A stretch of 16,372 bases of DNA from Rotaria sp. (taxonomy: Eukaryota). Shown here in pieces: positions 9,835 through 16,372 of this stretch. The stretch lies in assembly GCA_905250055.1 (NCBI GenBank), contig CAJNOF010000033.1, forward strand, positions 895,821-912,192, written 5' to 3'. Below the pieces are notes generated by a model. The model searched no databases. It was given only the letters and a program-made list of their open reading frames with translations, and was not told where the DNA came from. The first letter of the stretch is position 1. Each line of letters starts with the position of its first letter. The position numbers were made by a program, and so were the translations under genes.

Positions 9835-11049
9835 ACTTAACGAACAATTCTTTTATCGATTCAATTTTCTATTCTATACTGAAGTTAAATGAAGATGTTT
9901 ATATAGTTTCAATTATTATAGAATAAATATTCGACTTGAAACAAAAAAACTATTGTGTATTAAATGAATATAAATCGAGAGAGAAATAATAGACTTCAAA
10001 TGATGTGCAAAGATTTTCGGAGGTTCAATAAAAAAAACCATAAAAAAAAAAGTTTCATAGATAGATATGATCATGACGAATACTTTTTCATTCGGAACGA
10101 TACCATTTATGTAAGAGTAAAAATTGCATCGAATGTCAAGTTGACCCGATTTATGTGTCCCACCATAAATATAATAATCATACATTGTTATTTTCTTTCT
10201 TTTTGTGAAATTTCATTGCGAAGGTATTATGAAATATAGGTTGCAATATCACCATAAACTCTGATAATCATAGTTTACCAGTAGGATGATTTTTGTCCTA
10301 ATCTAGAAAAAAAACATATTCTTAATTGTATTCGTATTGTAGATAAAAATCGAATATTCGATTGAGATATGGTATTTTGTTTTCTCATTCTGATCATCAT
10401 GATTTAAAAATTTGACATCATACATCATTATTTACAGCTTATAAAATAAGCATAAAAATCAAAATATCTATCATTCATACTCTTTTCATAACGTATGACA
10501 GACAATATATAATAACTAATATATTGAATAATATTTGACTTCTTATTTTAATTTCCTTTTGATAGTGTAAATCATTTTCTATCCAAACTAATGAATTGCA
10601 CTCTGAATAAGGTCACAAGAATTTTTATTCGATCTTTTTTTTTTCTTTCATAAATTCAAGGTTATTCTTTTGTTAATTACATTTTCGTTCTGCTTACTAG
10701 GTATTTCTATGTTTTATTTTACCTGTCGATGGATACTTATGTAAATAACTATGCACATCTTACTTTTCTTTTACCTTGAAATTAATAATGTTTTCAAGTA
10801 TTACTTGAATAGAATATGTGATTCATATTTAATGCTTTTTTGTTTTCAAAGAATACTAATTCTTATAATATTTTATTGTTGATAATAATGATTCAAAAAA
10901 AAAAATGTCTATACGTTACACAAATACATAAAACGAAATAAATGTTATAATAAAAATGTTTCGAATTTTGTTTGTTTGTTTTTTTTTTCTTTCAAAAATC
11001 TGACTGCACTCGAGTCAAAATTATTTTAAGTTGTTTAAATAACGAGTGC

Positions 11050-11169
11050 TCAATTTTGTTGTACCATACTTGATCCAACTAAATCAACAGCTGTATTAAA
11101 AAGATTAATTGGGCTACGTCCATCAGTAATTAATGTTGATTTAATACCAAGAGCTTGAAGAAGTTTAAC
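11050..11169 (-). CDS. MVP: MVP-B exon 13 ([39 protein letters not shown], stop TGA)
   Basis: The acceptor ttttttaag is the reverse complement of 11170-11178, after an intron carrying an A16 tract. The stop is the reverse complement of tca at 11050-11052. Confidence 0.75.
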   Translation of the reverse strand, partial: VKLLQALGIKSTLITDGRSPINLFNTAVDLVGSSMVQQN

Positions 11170-14100
11170 CTTAAAAAAAAAAAAAAAACAATAACAAAAG
11201 AAAAAATAAAGATAAAACAAAAAATTCACTTGATTGTCTGGTCCACTAGTAGCAATAGCTTTAATTGTTTCTGGTCCAATAGAACTAACATGTTCTTTAA
11301 ATTCATTGATTTCAATTTCAGCTAATCGTTTAGCTTTATCAATATCTAGATCAGTTGTTAATTTCGAATAATTTATATCTAATTCACGTGCTTGTGTTAA
11401 ACGTTGAAGTTCCATATCAGCTTCAATTTTTGCTGCTTTAGAACGAAGTGTAGCTAAAATGAAAATATATATATGAATATGAATAAAAATATATAATTGA
11501 AAAAATTAATGTTTATTTACCTTGTTCAACAGCAGATTCACCCTCAATTTTAGCAGCTTCAGCTCGTGATTGAGCTTCAGCACGTGATTGACCAGTTGAT
11601 TCAACAGCTGCTGATTCAGCTTGAAGTTGTAATAATTTTCGACGTTCCTTTTCAGCTAAACAAATAAAAAATGAATTTATATTATAAAACAATCTTTAGA
11701 TAAGATATATAAAAATAATTACCTTCAGCTTCATCAGTAATCTTTTGTCTTTCTAAAAGACCTTTTGCTTCTTGTTCTGTTCGTGAAGCAATATGTCTAA
11801 AAAGAATATTTTAATAATGAAAATGTATTTTATTATTTCTAATAAATCATTTTTACTTTGCTTGAGCTTCTTGAGAATTCGTTGTAATCTAAAGAATTGA
11901 TTTATATTAATTATAATAAAAAAATCAAATTGATTTATTTTCTTACTTCAATAGCTAATTGTACACTCTTTTGAAGTGCATCACGTGTACGTTGATCAAC
12001 TGGTTCAACACTTTGTATATCAACTGATGTTAAAACTAAATTATTTTGTGGAAATAGAAGACGTTTATTAACACGTTTATTTTCATCAAGACCAAATACA
12101 GATGCACGAATAATTTTTGCTGAATTCTTATGAAAATCATCAAATGATATACCAGCAACAGCACCACGAATTTTTGCTGCAACAGCTTTACAAAAATCTC
12201 CAATAAAATCAGGAACAGAAAAAATTTTTGAAACTTCTTTATTATCACTACGATTATTAACCTTTATAAGAAAAAATAATAATAATAATAATAAAATTTC
12301 AAAATCAAACAACAATTTTTCTTTTTTTTTTTTGTCTTACTTCAAAATGCCAATTATATGAAAGTCTAAGTGAAAGACGTGCATGATCACTTGATTCAAT
12401 TGTAACAATATCACTTGAAAATTCTGGTCCCAATAAAAGACATATAGCACGAATTTTATTTGGTACTTTAGGTTTTTCACCCGATAAATTTAAAACTGTA
12501 AATTGTTCATCAGGATCAAGTATAACAAGTTCAGGACCAAAAACAATACGTGATTTTTTAGATTTAAAATCATATATTTGTACAGCAGCATTATGTGGTA
12601 CACGATAACTAACAACTTTTGATTTATCTCTTGGTGGAGTAACATTTGGTGTATTAGATTTATCTTCAAAATGTCGTGCATCTAATACAAGTAATTGTTC
12701 AACTTGTGCTGGTAATTCTTTTTCCCATAATTCTTCATTTTCAGTTAATAAATATGTACTACCAATAACTGAACGAATTTTACCAGTTTTAACATCACGA
12801 ACATAAATACCTTCATTAACATCTAATGGTACAGCTTTACGTCTTAGAATAACTTCAGCTTCAACAGCTGGTATATAATCTTTTGGACCTCGAACCATCC
12901 AACGATCACCAGGATTACGTACAACTTTCTATTTAAATAGAATATAATTAATTAATTAATTTTTTTTTTGTGAAAGGAAAAATTAAAATCATATAAATAC
13001 TTACTCCATCTTCTTTAAATGATTCTGTACAACGAAGAATAAGACCTTCATCTTCTTCAAGAACATATACATCTTGTATACCATTAGCTAATTTTTCACC
13101 AGGTTGAAGAAAAAATGTTTTTTCACCCTTAAAAAAGAAATTGTTTTTTATTTTTAATGTTATAATTAAATCAAATTTATTTATACTTTAATTAATTTTT
13201 TCTTTCCTAATTGAGGTTTACCATCGGAATCAACTGGATCAAGAATAACACAATATTGACGAGAATTTAATACTGTTACTGATACAACACCAACAACCTA
13301 TGTTTAAATATTAAATTATTTCTATTTTTGTCTTTCTATTCAAAAAAAAAAAATGAACCTACTTCTTCATATACATCAGGAATATATGTTTCAGCATCTT
13401 TTACATATACTAACCATTCTTCTCCATGAAGACGTTTACGTTTGAATGCATCAGTAAATGTTCGTAATGCGCGAACATGAAGAGCTTTCTAAAAAAAGAT
13501 CAACATCAATATAAGATTATAATAATAATAATATCTTATCTACTTTATCAGTAAGAACATAAGCTGTGACAGTTGAAATAACTTCTTCATAGGCTAATGG
13601 TAAATATGAACCAACAGTTCTATTAAGCCATTCTTCACCTGTTTCTCGTTCAATACCATCACGATCAGTCATTTCTTTTTTAGCACGTAAACGTACAGCT
13701 TCATTAGGTTTAAGAATAACAGCTTTAATTTGTTCTTCAACACTAACTTCTTTACGTGGAAAATATGTTCCAGGCCCTTGAAAAAGAAATTCATCACCAG
13801 CTCGAATTTGTTCACCTTGTTCATTAATAAAATCAAGAACAGCACGAAGACGTAAAGCACAATTAGGTTCAATAACTTTTAATGGTGTTACAGGTAGTTT
13901 AAGAATTTCTCCTGGATAAAGTGGAAATGGTTCTTGTGCAAAACGTATATCAACATCAGAATGAAATAATTTAACTTGACCATTTTTATCTATAACAACT
14001 TTATCATTTTTATCTCGAACTGCTGGATTTTCAATAACAGCATAATGACGTGGACTATATACAACAACAATAAAAAAAAAATAAAACAATATGATAAAAA

Positions 14101-14345
14101 CTAATTTTCAACCTACGGTATGATTAACATGCGTTCAGGTCCAAGTATAACTTTTTCATGATCTTGTTTAACAAAAGTTTTTGGACCTACTTCAAGTCGA
14201 GTTACATTTGTATTTTGATCAAGTACATGTAAATAATAGAAAGGAGGAATTCGATATACTAAATATATAATCATATAGTAAAAAACCAAAACGTCATTAT
14301 TTATTAATGATATATCTTACCACCGCTAAGTTTTGGATCAGCCAT
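11050..14345 (-). CDS. MVP: Major vault protein paralogue B (MVP-B), complete, 13 exons, about 841 aa (plus-strand coordinates): 14321-14345, 14117-14258, 13544-14054, 13363-13488, 13187-13297, 13005-13127, 12341-12928, 11947-12261, 11857-11888, 11723-11796, 11521-11655, 11230-11453, 11050-11169
   Basis: The reverse-strand spliced product begins MADPKLSG|[48 protein letters not shown]|[18 protein letters not shown]...[32 protein letters not shown]. It continues |[42 protein letters not shown]|[37 protein letters not shown]|[41 protein letters not shown]. The next segment is |[73 protein letters not shown]...LSYNWHFE|[37 protein letters not shown]...SVQLAIE. It ends |[11 protein letters not shown]|[24 protein letters not shown]|[45 protein letters not shown]|[32 protein letters not shown]...SGPDNQ|[39 protein letters not shown]. 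This is about 65-70% identical to MVP-A across the alignable regions. Total exon length is 2526 nt, which equals 842 codons. Every intron is GT...AG and 55-79 nt long. Confidence 0.88.
11230..11453 (-). CDS. MVP: MVP-B exon 12 ([75 protein letters not shown])
   Basis: The acceptor attttag is the reverse complement of 11454-11460. The donor gtgaat is the reverse complement of 11224-11229. Upper part of ORF 11050-11415. Confidence 0.75.
11521..11655 (-). CDS. MVP: MVP-B exon 11 ([45 protein letters not shown], phase-1 end)
   Basis: The acceptor tttgtttag is the reverse complement of 11656-11664. The donor g|gtaaat is the reverse complement of 11515-11520, the same position as the MVP-A exon 8 donor. 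Confidence 0.75.
11723..11796 (-). CDS. MVP: MVP-B exon 10 ((K)[24 protein letters not shown], phase-1 end)
   Basis: The acceptor ctttttag is the reverse complement of 11797-11804. The donor g|gtaatt is the reverse complement of 11717-11722. Confidence 0.7.
11857..11888 (-). CDS. MVP: MVP-B exon 9, a 32-nt microexon ([10 protein letters not shown] + aa, phase-2 end)
   Basis: The acceptor ctttag is the reverse complement of 11889-11894. The donor aa|gtaaaa is the reverse complement of 11851-11856. It is flanked by introns of 58 and 60 nt. The frame only works with this exon included. Confidence 0.65.
11947..12261 (-). CDS. MVP: MVP-B exon 8 ([37 protein letters not shown]...[13 protein letters not shown])
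   Basis: The acceptor tcttataaag is the reverse complement of 12262-12271. ORF 11935-12315 covers it. The donor gtaaga is the reverse complement of 11941-11946, the same position as the MVP-A exon 7 donor. Confidence 0.8.
12341..12928 (-). CDS. MVP: MVP-B exon 7 ([45 protein letters not shown]...[15 protein letters not shown])
   Basis: The acceptor atttaaatag is the reverse complement of 12929-12938. ORF 12305-12898 covers it. The donor gtaaga is the reverse complement of 12335-12340. Confidence 0.8.
13005..13127 (-). CDS. MVP: MVP-B exon 6 ([41 protein letters not shown])
   Basis: The acceptor ttcttttttaag is the reverse complement of 13128-13139. The donor gtaagt is the reverse complement of 12999-13004. 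Confidence 0.75.
13187..13297 (-). CDS. MVP: MVP-B exon 5 ([37 protein letters not shown])
   Basis: The acceptor aaacatag is the reverse complement of 13298-13305. The donor gtataa is the reverse complement of 13181-13186. Confidence 0.75.
13363..13488 (-). CDS. MVP: MVP-B exon 4 ([42 protein letters not shown])
   Basis: The acceptor tttttttag is the reverse complement of 13489-13497. The donor gtaggt is the reverse complement of 13357-13362. Confidence 0.75.
13544..14054 (-). CDS. MVP: MVP-B exon 3 ([18 protein letters not shown]...[20 protein letters not shown]). It spans the region that MVP-A splits into exons 2, 3 and part of 4
   Basis: The acceptor atatag is the reverse complement of 14055-14060. 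ORF 13517-14089 covers it. The donor gtagat is the reverse complement of 13538-13543. Confidence 0.8.
14117..14258 (-). CDS. MVP: MVP-B exon 2 ([48 protein letters not shown], phase-2 end)
   Basis: The acceptor tatttag is the reverse complement of 14259-14265. The donor cc|gtaggt is the reverse complement of 14111-14116. Confidence 0.75.
14321..14345 (-). CDS. MVP: MVP-B exon 1 (MADPKLSG, 25 nt, phase-1 end)
   Basis: The ATG (reverse complement of cat at 14343-14345) sits in the context cactATGG. The donor is g|gtaaga, read from the reverse complement of 14315-14320. No alternative in-frame ATG exists in exon 2. Confidence 0.6.
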
Positions 14346-14401
14346 AGTGGTTTGTTTTTGTTATCAAAAAAGAAACGACAAATCTGCAAGAATAAAACGT
14401 C

Positions 14402-14411
14402 CTTTTATGTA
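14402..14411 (-). promoter_or_regulatory. TATA-like element (minus strand ACATAAAAGG) about 60 nt upstream of the MVP-B start codon
   Basis: It is the reverse complement of ccttttatgt. The call rests on motif and position only. Confidence 0.25.
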
Positions 14412-16372
14412 TGTTAATATCCGTGTAGAAAAAAAAAATGTGCATTAAAAAAGGGTTATATGAAACAAGAAGAAAAAAAACAACAATTTTCAACTTGATT
14501 GTGAAATGACATTAGTATAAGTTAACGTTAAACATTGCACGACTAACCTACAATAATAACTGAATAAGGTTGATTCATGTCATAAATAAGAAGAAAGAAA
14601 GAAAAAAACAGACGATACAAAGAGAGTGAATTAGAGAAAGAACGCAAGAGCCCCTTTTTGACACATTATATTGCAACATAGTCATGAAAGTATAAAAACT
14701 TAGCAATTTCATTTAATTCTGAAATATTCTAAATGCGTAAAAAAAAATGCGATAATGAGTTGCTTCTTTCTGATGTAATAATTGATATCTAAAATAAAAT
14801 CTAATATGATTGGATATGACGTCTACTTTTTTTTTTTGATCTAGATAAGAAAGAAATCAAATAGAGCAAAAAAAGAAATTTTACTTTTTTTAAATTTCGT
14901 TATTATTGAATATGATAAGTATATGTGTTTGTCAAAAAAATAACCATGGCTATGGTGAAAACAAGACTTACATTCGAATTTTTATTGATTTAGGATAATT
15001 ATATTTATATGTCATTCATAGCCGAGCGAGCGAAACAGCAAATTTTAAGATAGAAGTCGATAGTTCCAAAAAAAAAATATTCGGAATCGAATCGACGATC
15101 TAATAATAGTATATTTGATAACTGATACAATAATTTTTCTTCTCGAAGTTGTTAACGTCTATTTTGTTTCTTTAATGAAGAATTATATTGAAGTGAAACT
15201 TTGTACAAACATAAGGGGGTGTCTAATTATACATACAAAGATATTTCAGATTTGTATCTCATTGTTAGTAGGACCTAGGACAATTTCAATATATTTATAA
15301 TACTTAATTTTGATATCTATGGCATTCAATCAACTGAGTAGAAAATGTCTATTCAGTTTTTTTTCTTTATTTAACCCAAGACACTGCTTTCTATTAACTC
15401 TTGTAAATCTCTTCTAATGTTTTCCTTCTTTCTCTGATCTTGAGACATAGACTACGTCAAAAACGTTTTGCGAAAACTGAGAAAATTTTATGAAAAGATG
15501 AACTTGAAGTTAGGATGATTATGACAATGCTAAATATTTTCTGTGCTCTTAATCATACTTTTGGCTGCTTTTGATTTTTCTTTTCATCAAGGTGTAAGAA
15601 ACATACATAGTTTATCTTTAGTGTGATCGTAGATTGTTCCCTTCGACTTTAGTTTATGAAACATTCGAACAGCTTACCACTGATTATTTCAAGAGGTTTT
15701 AGTGCAAGGGGGAGAGCAGCTAAAACTTTCATGTTAAACTCTCATGAAATCTTCTGAAACCCTGCAAAATCTTTGGAAAGAATTTCGACCAATACCCGAC
15801 AAAACATTTGAAGAGGTAATTAAGTTTAGTAAATCTGTTACCGACTTTATTTGCAATCAGACAAAGACCTGAAGTTAGTCATAGTTCTTGAATTGTCAAG
15901 TCTTCCGATATCTTGAAGGTAGAGTCCTAATATGCTCAAGTTTTTTAACTTTCTCCCCCTATCAAAAGGGTGTAAGTATAAGTGCGTGCGATGGATAAAA
16001 TAGAGTTCTTGCCTTCACCTACATCCTATTAGTACGACAGTTTTATCCATGAATATTCAAAAATGTTGATAGAATATTTCTTTTCTAGCGATTTTCAAAA
16101 TCGAAAAAATTATTGATGCAATCCTTGTTTAGTATTTTCCGATAAATTTGTACGTAAATCATCAAATACTATCTTGACTTTCTTCAAAGGTAACAATACC
16201 AAAGCCATTAGTTTTCGAAAGCTAGTATGAGTATCCATATCTTCGACATAATTTTTTTGTAAAATATCCTGAATTGTCAATATATAGTTACTAAACGGAA
16301 ACTATGACACTACTTTATTTCTTTTCTGTTATCTTTTGACTTGTGTATGATCTATGTGATAATGTTAGTATC

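Noticed and set aside
9916-10239. Overlapping + and - strand ORFs (89 and 91 aa) in the convergent 3' spacer
   Set aside because: They are AT-rich and low-complexity, overlap each other on opposite strands and have no splice signals. They are consistent with 3' UTR or intergenic sequence.
15115-15300. 61-aa plus-strand ORF
   Set aside because: It is a short hydrophobic or low-complexity peptide with no supporting features.
1-16372. Prokaryotic-style features: operons, CRISPR arrays, defence islands, rho-independent terminators
   Set aside because: The spliced GT-AG gene structures, poly(A) signals and homology to the eukaryote-restricted vault protein and SUN-domain families rule out a bacterial or archaeal reading. 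No direct-repeat and spacer periodicity was seen.

Overview
This window is eukaryotic, not prokaryotic. It is AT-rich, the genes are interrupted by short canonical GT-AG introns (mostly 48-81 nt), and TAA, TAG and TGA all serve as stops. I could support three protein-coding genes from the sequence. (1) On the + strand (357-2819) is a 5'-partial gene whose last four exons encode a SUN (Sad1/UNC-84) domain; its final 147 nt are ORF 2644-2826 read in reverse orientation. (2) On the + strand (6283-9730) is a complete 9-exon major vault protein gene, MVP-A, encoding about 894 aa. (3) On the - strand (11050-14345) is a second, divergent 13-exon major vault protein paralogue, MVP-B, encoding about 841 aa. 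The two MVP genes are convergent, with their stop codons about 1.3 kb apart. The most unusual result is that the two MVP paralogues share only 3 intron positions. Five MVP-A introns and nine MVP-B introns are private, and four pairs are near-misses lying 4-15 codons apart. The other results are a MITE-like foldback inverted repeat in the single 1.1-kb SUN intron, a GC-rich tandem repeat with a palindromic GTGGGCG-C-CGCCCAC core at the 5' edge, and an MVP-A-specific Thr/Ser/Gln low-complexity insert. A 287-nt outlier intron in MVP-A has a structured core, and MVP-B contains a 32-nt microexon. I see no CRISPR array, rRNA or tRNA. A 3.4-kb spacer (2820-6282) and the 3' end of the window (14700-16372) contain no protein-coding gene I can support. 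All exon coordinates were derived by hand translation and splice-motif reading and should be confirmed with RNA-seq or protein-to-genome alignment.
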